Below are positions 52,086 through 64,000 of a DNA stretch of 64,000 nt, piece after piece. This stretch comes from Octopus vulgaris (Eukaryota), in NCBI GenBank assembly GCA_951406725.2, contig OX597822.1, positions 1,798,001 to 1,862,000 of the forward strand, in the 5' to 3' direction. The notes beneath the pieces were generated by a model, which was not told the DNA's origin, did no database searches, and saw only the letters and a program-made list of their open reading frames with translations. The position numbers and the translations under genes were made by a program. Numbering within the stretch: position 1 is the first letter of the stretch; each line of letters begins with the position of its first letter.

Positions 52086-53442
52086 TGGTTGTGTGTGTAT
52101 TTGTGTGCGATATGACAGGGGACTTATCTCGCTATATCCATGCGTGGTGAGAAATCCATATTTTATACTATGAAATTTTTTATCGATCTCACATAGTTAT
52201 TCATGAGTAAAATAATACATGTATTATAAATACATTGAAATCTTATATGAATTTTGTCTTCAAGAAATCTATGAATGAATTATTGACTGTACAACTACAC
52301 TAAAGTAGGAAAGCAATAGTTAAAGAATGGTCGATTTGTTACGATCATATCAGGGAAAATGTTTTAAACGATTCGATATCATTGATCGACAAAACGATAT
52401 TTTAGCGATATTTCAAATACCGAAATTTTGAAATACGTCCAGCAACGAAGATAACATGAGCTTTTACCATTAAGGTCACGTATTTTGAAACGCTACCATA
52501 CATTACCTACAGTATTTGGATCTTATTTCATCGACCCTAAAATGGAAGATATAGTCTATGTGGGTAGGAGCGTGATCTTAAGTCTAAACGACCCGAAACA
52601 TAAAATATCGGACGAATTGCTTCAAAGAATTTAACGCTCCTATAATTTCTGTTAAATATGTATTTCGACTAAAGTACATCATCCAAAATATATGATTGTA
52701 CAGTTACAGATAGCATATTTTTTAATCGTTACACGAGTTGAAGAAAATACAGTATTGCAAAGATTTATATTATTTTATTCATTTCAGTAAATTAGGGAGA
52801 CAACTTCGGGTGTATTTCTTTCGTTTTAATCCTATACTGTGATGCTTTAATCCTAAACTTAAATTTATACATTAAATTAATAATAATATACACATGTATA
52901 TAATTATATTAAAGGGGAAAGGGCGAAAACCACCTATCTCCAGCATGCTTAACGTGGCGATATCTTTAATCCTATACTGTGATACTTTAATCCTAAACTT
53001 TACTGAATTTTTTCTCTACATTAAATATTTTAACATTATCATTGTTTCTCATAATGACGGCGTCTCTGCGCAATTAATTTCAGTGATTTAATTCTATTAC
53101 ATAATCATGTTGTTAGATCGTATTTTTCCTTCACGTAAATAACAACGAAGTCAATGTTATAAATTGGAATCCTATTGACGATGATTTTATTTTCCAGTCT
53201 TTCAGTCGACTCGAAGCATTCAATGGAATAAATAAGCGTCATATATCGAGATGCGTTCAGACTGGATACAACTATCTGCATACTTCAAGTACAAAAGTTG
53301 TCTGTATCAGAAGAAATCAGTTTATTTGATAGAAGAATAGCATTTTATTTTTATGAATGAGGAACATGTTAGTGAGGAAGGAACTTGCGTCCACGGACAA
53401 CGCTGATGCGCCGACACGAGCCAGTTCGATATAGACAATACA

Positions 53443-53676
53443 TATTTCTTTACTACCCACAAGTTTGCTAAAAAAAGAAGGGACAAACAAGGACAGAAAA
53501 ACGGATTAAGTCGATTATATCGACCCCCGTGCTTAACTGGTACTTATTTAATCGACCCCAAAAGGATGAAAGGCAAAGTTGACCTCGGCGGAATTTGAAC
53601 TCACAACGTAACGGCAGGCGAAATACCACTAAGCGTTTCGCCCAGCGTGCTAACGATTCTGCCAGCTCGCCGCCCT
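53443..53676 (-). mobile_element. SINE family B, full length, with probable TSD atatagacaata
   Basis: Complete head-to-tail match to family B; direct repeats at 53429-53440 and 53684-53695. Confidence 0.92.
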
Positions 53677-54384
53677 TAGCTCAATATAGACAATAGAGTC
53701 ATATAATTCAATGGCTTCGAAGAAGTACAAAACTCTACGCGACCAACGTAGCGATGAGAGCGAGCTGGGCGCAGTGGTTAAAGCTGAGTGCGAAGTCAAG
53801 ATGGATAGACACAGTATAAGTGACAAATGGAGGTGTACAGGTGAATTAGTCAGTTATACCTGTATGGGAATGACAGGAGTTCAATTAGAATTGGAGGCCA
53901 TTGAATGTATAACCTTATTTTGAAATGGATATCCTTGACTTTTATTGCTGGACTTCCGTAATTCCCATGATCTTAACTCAGCAAGCAGTTAGATGTTAGA
54001 ATGAGAACAAGTATTTTTTTTCTTCTACTGGTGCTGTACACTACACAGAAGTATCTTGTCTAGAGAGCTGAGAACAAATTTAGTGATACAAGTGCCAAAA
54101 TATAATTTTTACTAAATAACTAACTCATACTACATCATGTTAAGTTGTTAGTTTGTCAGAAAGCAATTAATGCATAACTGATCTGCTGTGCTTATGCATA
54201 AAATCATGATTATTTTAATCAATTTGCCGAGTTCAGGACATTTAACCCCAATTAATTTATATTACTAAAATATTAAGACTTCCTTTTTTCCTTCTAATGT
54301 AAAATAAATGAGATGGAACAATGAGTCTCGCCATCGGTGAAGTTCTCATTTACATTAGATTCTAAAGCAGTGTGCTGGAAGACT

Positions 54385-54572
54385 TGTTAGCGCGTCGGAG
54401 AAATTGCTAAGAAACGTTTACTCCGGCTCCTTAACTTCGGTGACAAATCTTCCCGAGGTCTACTTGGTATTTCATCTTTTGGGGGGCGATAAAATAAAGC
54501 CCTTTTCAAGTAGTTGTGTTGATGTGAGCGGTTTTCTCCGCCTTCAGAAATTGCTGGCCTTGTGGCAATATT
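54385..54572 (+). mobile_element. SINE family B, degenerate
   Basis: gttagcgcgtcggagaaattgct...ccgaggtctactt...tttcatcttttggggggcgataaaataa. Confidence 0.65.
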
Positions 54573-55056
54573 CAAAAGAATATTTATGTAGCTTCTCGCC
54601 CAAGACGCTCAACTCTGAAAGTCTCAGTCGACAGAGCTGAATAGGCGTGCAATAAAGCGATATTGTTCGCCGATATTAAGAGAACAGGAAATCCTGACTG
54701 CGAAATCGGTGACGTTGGTGTTTCATTTCATGTATATTGTGTAGTTTAAATAGGGCTTGTCATTGAACACCGACACGAAGTATCAAACTTACAAACTTAT
54801 AACTAAGGAAACAAGTACATTTTCAGAATTTCCTTCAGGCATATAATGGTGCAGATTCACAAATAAATCTTCCCAACAAATTCACATTATTTTCCTCTAA
54901 GTGAAGATATTAGTAGAAATAAAGCAATGCACAAACAATTTTAGATTACCCTTTATAATTTTCTTTCAATAACTTTCGAACTCTTAATTGTACTAAGATA
55001 AAAATTATCAAATAAATTTATGCCCATATTTTTTGTGGGTAGTAGATGGGTGCAGA

Positions 55057-55265
55057 AATGATTCCTGAATGATGGTATTTTATATATGTGAAGTCTAGTA
55101 ACTAGATGACCAAGAGGGGCCTCATCTCCGTAGGGAAGAGGGTGTGCAATAAGACCGTTCAGAAGAAGACCTCAAATGGGTGTGCTTTCTCTCCTGGTGA
55201 TATCATAAGCCGGTTAGTGCTCAGCGTGCAGAGCTTTCATCTCGCACCAACTGTATCTGCAAGAT

Positions 55266-55318
<53 letters not shown>

Positions 55319-55568
55319 TCTACATATATAAATAGATGTATATATGTATATATATATATATAAAGTTAATCCAAACAAGAAAACACAGATAAAAAACACA
55401 GCAACGCGAGGACGTGCAACAATTAAAGTATTATTTGACGCTCAGGAAAGAAGGGAAGGAGGGATTAACGTTTCGCGCGGAGCTCTTCGTCGGAAACAAG
55501 GAGAAGGAAAGATCCCGAGAAGGGAAGACAGAGGAAAAAAATATTTTTGCTGGTGGTGCTCAAGAGAT

Positions 55569-55628
<60 letters not shown>

Positions 55629-55890
55629 CATACACACATATATATATATATATATATACATACACACACACACACACACACATATACACGCACATATATA
55701 CGTATATATATACATACATATAAACATTAAATTAATAATAATATACATATGTGTATAATTATATTAAGGGAGCAAGGGTTTCAATTCTCAATTAACGTCA
55801 GGTCTTTTTAATATTCTTTCACTCGCCCGTTCTCAGCCATGTGTATATTTATCTGGCGTTTTTGGGAATTTTTTAAAGTTATCAGCACTT
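55057..55890 (+). repeat. Older local duplication, copy 1 (paralogous to 58577-59185)
   Basis: Shared blocks aaatgatt(c/g)ctgaatgatggtatttt...ctgcaagatgttt, attaataataatatacatatgtgtataattatattaaggg and tcagccatgtgtat...cacttta in the same order. Confidence 0.8.
55463..55497 (-). ncRNA. Minimal type I hammerhead motif (U4C core) in a short element 55362-55570
   Basis: GUUU-CCGACGA-A-GAGC-UCC-GCGC-GAAA-C-GUU-AAUC; related to 21057-21094. Confidence 0.55.
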
Positions 55891-55975
55891 TATGCATGCC
55901 GAAAATAGGTCGTTTTCGCCCTTGCTCCTTTAATATAATTATATACATATGTATATTATTATTAATTTAATGTAT
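55726..55975. mobile_element. Foldback element with ~50-bp AT-rich terminal inverted repeats
   Basis: attaaattaataataatatacatatgtgtataattatattaaggggagcaaggg vs cccttgctcctttaatataattatatacatatgtatattattattaatttaat; single-end copies at 52863-52945 and 59015-59085. Confidence 0.7.
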
Positions 55976-56094
55976 AAATTGCATATAAATTTTTATAGCA
56001 TGCTGACTGCCTGATAAAAATCTTGAACGTGATTTTTATCCTTATATTCTATATATACTTACATACATTTATATATTTATATGTATGTATACTC

Positions 56095-56560
<466 letters not shown>

Positions 56561-57175
56561 GATATTTGAAAAGTAGTTAAATTTTACCTTGATTTAAGCA
56601 GCACCAATAATTAAGACCAAAATGCACATCAAGATGCTTAATTTGCAGTGTGCACTGACTTGCAACGGAAACGCGTGTAGGTGTTAACGTGGAAATATGT
56701 GATCAACTGTACAAGGAAACCTGGATATATAAATCTCCGTTCACCTCATTTTTATTAGTTTATTATATATAATATATACATATTCAGAACAGTATTTAGC
56801 TTTCTTTAAGCATTGCAACATACTAAGCCGTTTAACAGAATACTCTAGCATTTCAAATGTAGAGACTATCGGTATGTGTACAAAAATTGTTGAAATCATA
56901 CACGAGTGTATATCAATCTCATTCTTACTTACAAGTTTATGCTTTAATATTTTTATTTGATAGAAATGTATTATTTGCAGATCAGTCATTTATTTTTGAA
57001 TTGTTGAATGAAAAGAAAAAAATATATATAAAAGCATGCGTATATATATATTGATAATAAGGGGAATGAAGAATTGAAAGTTCAAATTTACCATAAAGTA
57101 CACCATGTGACAGAACCAGCTTTGGCATTTCACATAGAGCAATTCGATATCTGCCAGGATATCATACCACACCCT

Positions 57176-57233
<58 letters not shown>

Positions 57234-58576
57234 ATATACTCTCGTAGTGTAAGTTCCATATTATGAGAAATAAGTGTATAGTTTTAATAAAGATTGAAGC
57301 GTGTGTTTCATTGATTTTCGTTTTCCGAATATTTTTTCGGTAGACATTTTACATTTAAAGAACCTACTTAATGACGATGCTTTGAATCCCATCACTTGAA
57401 GCAACAGACATACACACACACATGCATGTATGTATGTATGCATGTATGTATGTATGTATGTATATATGTATGTATGCATGTATGTATGTATATATGTATA
57501 TAGATATGTATAGATAGGTAGATACACACATGTGAGTGTATGTATGTATGCATATATATATAAAGTGGAATATTTATTTCATTTTAATTAAAAATTCATG
57601 TATCTAATTGCCTGTTTTTCTAAGCCACGTAGAAGGAAGGTGATGTGAAACATCGTTTATTGAATAAAAACAATTGTCATCTATTTTCTTTCTTTATTTC
57701 TCGTTTCTTTCTTTTTTTTTTTTGATATAACATGAAAAATAGAATATAGCATGAATTGATTGTAAAAAGAGTTGGAAGTTGCACGAAGGAGGATCACCAA
57801 TTAATTATTCTCTAACAACAAGCAATCAGAAATATCATTTATCTTTTGAATTAACTTTGATGTTTGTTTGAGTGTTTCATTCCGTTAAATTATTTTATTT
57901 TTATTTCTTAATTCAAATTATTTTCTCTGAAGCAATTCAAATTATAGAATTTTCCTACCTTTTCTAATTAAGAAGGCAGTTCCATTACGTAAAGATTAAT
58001 AATTCTAAAACTATTCGTTCGTGGCTTGCTCATTAAATACTATTTAATATTTCACACTTAATCCATAGTTTCAATTTCTGAAAATTCTTTCTTTTTTTTT
58101 TTACTTGCAACATAGTGCTAATTTCCTTTAGCTCTGTAATCAATTGTAATGTTGTCTTGTGGAATAGCTTGGAAGACGAATCGTCAACTGTTCTATTTCC
58201 ACACTTACCAGTTTACAACATATCACACCGTTCATTGAACTAGATTTTGCCTGAGTTACATTTCAAGTGGTTTTAGGGAAGTAACGTGGCTCACTTATTC
58301 ATCTTCTCTCAGATCCAGCATTGATCAGAGACACACTGCTAATAAATATATATCTGAGTAAAGTTTTTATTCTACCTGGAGTAGCTACTAAAGTGTACGC
58401 TATTTTCTAATTCATTATCCGTGCCTGGTTTACCTTTATCAGACGGGTGGTCCGATGGGTATACTGGGTTTCATATATTTTACTCCTGTCTCACTTTCCA
58501 GATCATTCATTTACTTTTGAAATTTTGAATGAAGAGAAAAAATACCTATATATAAAAGCATAAGTATATATGCACA

Positions 58577-58844
58577 AATGATTGCTGAATGATGGTATTT
58601 TATATATGTGAAGTCTAGTAACCAGTGGACCTAGCGGGGCCTCATCTCCGCTCTCCTGGTGATATCATAAGCCGGTTAGTGTTCAGCGTGCAGAGCTTTC
58701 ATCTTGTACCAACTGTATCTGCAAGATGTTTGCAAATAATATATATATATAAACATGGTGTAGTCAAATGACTGAAACAAGTAAAAGAATAATAGATGCA
58801 CAACCGTGCGCGCACGCACCCACGCATTCACGCACACACACATG

Positions 58845-58880
<36 letters not shown>

Positions 58881-58894
58881 CTTATATACACATG

Positions 58895-58936
<42 letters not shown>

Positions 58937-58950
58937 CTTATATACACATG

Positions 58951-59003
<53 letters not shown>

Positions 59004-59185
59004 TTATATACATAAAATTAATAATAATATACATATGTGTATAATTATATTAAGGGAGCAAGGGCGACAAAGACCTATCTCTAGTATCCTTGAATTCGCA
59101 ATTAGCGTGAGATCTATTTAACATTTTCAGCCATGTGTATTTTTATCTGGAGTTTTTGGTAATATTTTGAAGGTATCGACACTTT
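58577..59185 (+). repeat. Older local duplication, copy 2
   Basis: See 55057-55890; lacks a ~58-nt segment present at ~55131-55188. Confidence 0.8.
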
Positions 59186-59730
59186 AAGAAGAAACCCCTA
59201 AATCCGTGGTTCTCAGTCGGGTTTCATATGGCCCTTGGAGTCCATATGAAATTTTGATTTTAATATTTATGTCCAAGAAATTATTTATAGTTCTACAATA
59301 TACGATATATAATTTTATACAGTTCCTAATAATATTTGACTATAAAAATACAGTAGGAATTTTGTTCCTTATACTTCGAATAGCTATGGCGGTCCAGCAG
59401 AGTAAGATATGAATCCAAGGTGGCCATTTTTTCGCTGAAGTCTCTTAAAATTGGTTTAGCATTTTTAAATTGAAATATTAGAAAGATTAGAAAGACATTA
59501 TTAAACACTACGGGAATTTAAAGAAAAGTAATATTTCATAAATTAACAATGCCCCTTTTTGCTTGTCTCCGAAATCCTATCCCGCTGATACCCTTTTGTT
59601 GACGTAAATCTTAACCAAAGTAAATACACAAGAAGATGAGCGCGATGCGTTAAGTAATGAAATCCAGATTGACTTTATTTATTGAACCGAACAATAAATA
59701 AATGTTGACAGTTCGTTTCTTTTCCTCCAG

Positions 59731-59841
59731 GTTAAAAATGAAAAATGATATACTCCCACACACAATTGCAACAGCAGTAGGAACAGCAACAGCAACAACA
59801 AGAACTGCTACAACGGAAGAAATTCAAAAATCCAAAAGATG
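59731..59841 (+). other. Candidate exon (strong acceptor, weak donor; LKMKNDILPHTIATAVGTATATTRTATTEEIQKSKR)
   Basis: gttcgtttcttttcctccAG|G acceptor; possible donor G|GTGACG. Confidence 0.25.
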
Positions 59842-59955
59842 GTGACGTCCTTTCTGCTAGGAAGGAATGCAGTATAATCCAGCTGAATCTTTCAATGTTT
59901 GCATTTCTGCCTATTTTTCATTGTTCGTTTCGTATTCGATGTATATGTATATGCA

Positions 59956-60853
<898 letters not shown>

Positions 60854-61414
60854 TACATATATGTATGCATGGATAAAATGTAATACTTCAATAAATGCTG
60901 GATATGTGAGGTTATATATATTCCAGTCATCATTGACAATATTTACTTTACTCGAAACTGATTTCAGTAATTTCATGAAATAGCTGCAGTTTGTTCTTAT
61001 TATTCTTTTAGGCGCACGTGTTTCAATCTTGTTGTAAAGTCCGTGTCGACGGCGAATTTCTGTTTCGTTCATCTCATATTCACACATTGATATGTATTTC
61101 CTCATCAGAGTTTCAGTTCATATAGCGGAATATTTTGTTCAAATGAATTATTATGCAATTATAATAGAATCAAGATGAAACTCATTCGACATGTCTCTTT
61201 CAACACCAGTTTCTCTATAGGAGGCAAAAAAGAAAACTGTTTCTTATATCCTTTTTATAATTGCAGTTTAAAGCGTAGAAAATCACAGAAGTCTCAATAC
61301 ATTTGCTCAATTCACAAGCTTTTCTGTATTTCTACTTCAAAAATGTTTTTAAGTTTCTTCAAAAGATGGTTTTGTCTTATACAGAGAGAATTAAGTATTA
61401 AAAATATTTATTGC

Positions 61415-61560
61415 AAAATTTTCGCGCAAGGCCAGCAATTTCCGGGGAGGCGAGTAAATCGATTACATCGACCTCAAGGTCGATTGGCACTTTTTTCTTA
61501 TCAAACCCAGCAGAATGAAAGACAAAGTGGGCCTCAGCGGAATTTGAGTGCGGTATTGCG
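61415..61560 (-). mobile_element. SINE family B, degenerate
   Basis: aaggccagcaatttc...cgattacatcgacc...gaatgaaagacaaagt...ggaatttga. Confidence 0.7.
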
Positions 61561-61569
61561 AGTAGTACT

Positions 61570-62300
61570 TGGCACGATGTGTAGAATATACACACTTTCC
61601 AACAAAGATTGTGTGGAATGATGAGGCCACATTCAAAGAAAATGATTCAATTAACAGCCACAATTACATCTGCTGGGGATCTGAGAATCTGCATGCTATG
61701 GTGGAACCATGTTAATTTACCAGGGGTTACAATGTGATGTGGCTTATCATCAAGTGGATTGGACCCATTCTGTTTTGACGCTACTGTGACTGGTCCCATT
61801 TACTTGAACTTGTTGCAACAACCTGTCATGCCAAGCATCGCAGAAGACTATGAAGATGAGAAGGTTTGTTTTTCAGCAAGATGGCCCCCCCCCACTACCA
61901 TCGCGATGTTAGATCCTTCCTTGATGAGATCTTGGAATAGACGAAAGGGTTTCGTCGAATACCCTCCGCGTTCACCAGACCTCGCACCACTAGACTTTTT
62001 TTGAGGATACCTAAAAGACAAAGTCTACGTTATGCAACCTGCGACGGTCGCTGATTTGAGAAGAGCCATTGAAGAGAATGCACACAAATACCAAACGAAT
62101 TGTTTCGCGATGTTTGCGATTCCATTACTTCGCGTTGTCAGCAGTACCTCGACCAGAACGGACTTCAGTTAGAAAACAGTTGTTGACAAAACAATAAAAT
62201 AATGTCTGTAGATTCTATTAAATTTTGAAAACGAAATATATTGTAATAAACACCTACCTTACAATTATCTAGAGTGCGTATACATTTTTGCGACATCCTG
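61570..62300 (+). mobile_element. Tc1/mariner (Tc3/DUF4817-like) transposase pseudogene with right TIR ending ...catcctg|TA
   Basis: [11 protein letters not shown]...[13 protein letters not shown]; [11 protein letters not shown]; FQQDG.PPHY; [15 protein letters not shown]; GYLKDKVY; frameshifted. Confidence 0.92.
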
Positions 62301-62423
62301 TATATATATATATATTTATGCAAATATATATAAGCAAAAATGCTAGTTCTAAAATCTCTCTCAGAGATCAACGCAGAAGTTGTACTGTAAATTAATATTC
62401 GTACCCACTTTAACATGGCTGAC

Positions 62424-62743
62424 CGTTCTAGCCGACTCTGCTTCGATTTTTAACTCTAAGAGGACATCTTCTCTGTTTGGTTAACGATGCACAGCTGCAT
62501 CTGATAGGATTGCGTGCAGGGGAGCGAACCCCTACCATCTCCTAGCGACGAGACCAGGCGACCAGTCCTGGTTTTGGGCTATTTCTGCCACTCCTCACGA
62601 CTGTACTCCTCGTCTGCTTGAGATGATAGCAGATTGCTTCTGCAAGCAATATTTATATTTTATGGAATGCAGCTGTGCTTCGTTAACCAGCGAGAGCAGG
62701 CGAACACTTGGGGTTAAGAAATCGCAGTAGAGTCTGCTAGAAC

Positions 62744-62744
<1 letters not shown>
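62424..62744. mobile_element. Foldback/MITE-like element with ~75-bp imperfect terminal inverted repeats
   Basis: cgttctagccgactctgcttcgatttttaac vs gttaagaaatcgcagtagagtctgctagaacg; tggttaacgatgcacagctgcat vs atgcagctgtgcttcgttaacca. Confidence 0.75.
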
Positions 62745-62816
<72 letters not shown>

Positions 62817-62818
<2 letters not shown>

Positions 62819-63222
62819 CGCAAGAGTGGCTGTATGGTAAGTAGCTTGCTTACGAACCACATGGTTCTGGGTTCAGTCCCACTGCGTGGAACCTTGGGCA
62901 AGTGTCTTCTACTATAGCCTCAGGCCGACCAAAACCTTGTGAGTGGATTTGGTAGACGGAAACTGAAAGAAGCCCGTCGTATATACGTATATATGTATAT
63001 GTATATATATATGTATGTGTGTGTATATGTTTGTGTGTCTGTGTTTGTACCCCCAACAACCGATGCAGGTGTGTTTACGTCCCCGTAACTTAGCGGTTCA
63101 GCAAAAAAGAAACCGATAGATTAAGTACTAGACTTACAAAGAATAAGTCTTGGGGTCGATTTCCTCGATTAAAGCCGGTGCTCCATCATGGCCGCAGTCA
63201 AATAACTGAAACAAGTAAAAAA
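62817..63222 (+). mobile_element. SINE family A, full length
   Basis: ggcgcaagagtggctgtatggtaagtagcttgc...ccttgggcaagtgtcttc...gtcaaataactgaaacaagtaaaa. Confidence 0.93.
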
Positions 63223-63462
63223 ATATATATACATACATATATATATATAAAACTGTTTGCTTGTGTGTGTGTGTGTGTGTGTGTATGTGTGTGTGCAATC
63301 TTTAGCTAGTGCCCTGAACTCTATGGACTGTTTTATCCCTATCATTGCAGCCAGTTGAACTCCTGAAACGAACTAAAAACCCATATTGTTGATCCAAAAC
63401 AATAGTTTGCATCAGACGACTTACTTCCCGTGTATGCATTATTATGGGTTACAATGAGTTTG

Positions 63463-63463
<1 letters not shown>

Positions 63464-63555
<92 letters not shown>
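63464..63555. repeat. (TCTA)n microsatellite
   Basis: Directly visible. Confidence 0.97.
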
Positions 63556-63559
<4 letters not shown>

Positions 63560-64000
63560 GTCTATTTATCAATCTATCTCAATATATAATAAATAAAGCA
63601 ACCTATATCACTGCAGCTAGTTCTCCTTAACACCAACGCAATCACCATAAACACGCAAACACCAATGCATGTCGCGTTCTTACCATATTTTAGTTACCAA
63701 CATGATCCGCAACATTCGTATGAATCAGACAAGCAATTCCACGCAAAACAAAATACAAGATTATGAGATAAGGTAACGCTTTAGTGTATATTAAAAACTG
63801 AATGTAATTTTTTTTTTTATCTAAGACAAAGAAAACTTAGAATAAACAGCATCAAAAATAAAATTTACGAAAACAATATAAACCTTACCACCTCCAAGAA
63901 CACCTATATAGCACCGTCACCATCATGACAACTCCAAAATCAATGCAACGAACAAATACTATCACTAACTTAGTGACATTTGAATCAAATGACAACAATA

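Overview
AT-rich, microsatellite-saturated eukaryotic DNA, intergenic or intronic. The SINE families and the (TA)n/(CA)n/(TAA)n/(TCTA)n density point to an octopus (coleoid cephalopod) genome; this is an inference. No intact protein-coding gene is visible, and almost all ORF-track entries are microsatellite read-throughs. The real coding relics are all transposon fragments: RTE LINEs, several R4/Dong-type RLE retrotransposons sitting in (TAA)n tracts, a HERO-like RLE fragment, a Penelope RT remnant and Tc1/mariner transposases. Non-coding repeats include three tRNA-derived SINE families, a three-copy MITE with 8-bp TSDs, several foldback elements and two local duplications. The most striking signal is about a dozen type I hammerhead-ribozyme (HHR) motifs from several unrelated short Penelope/retrozyme-like elements, mostly next to (TA)n tracts. 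They include a G3-C8 compensatory-core variant, a recurrent U4C core, long-stem-II forms and a tandem unit whose junction falls on the predicted cleavage site. A few exon-like segments with good splice signals may belong to an unidentified spliced transcript. All structures were read by eye; nothing was folded, aligned or searched computationally.
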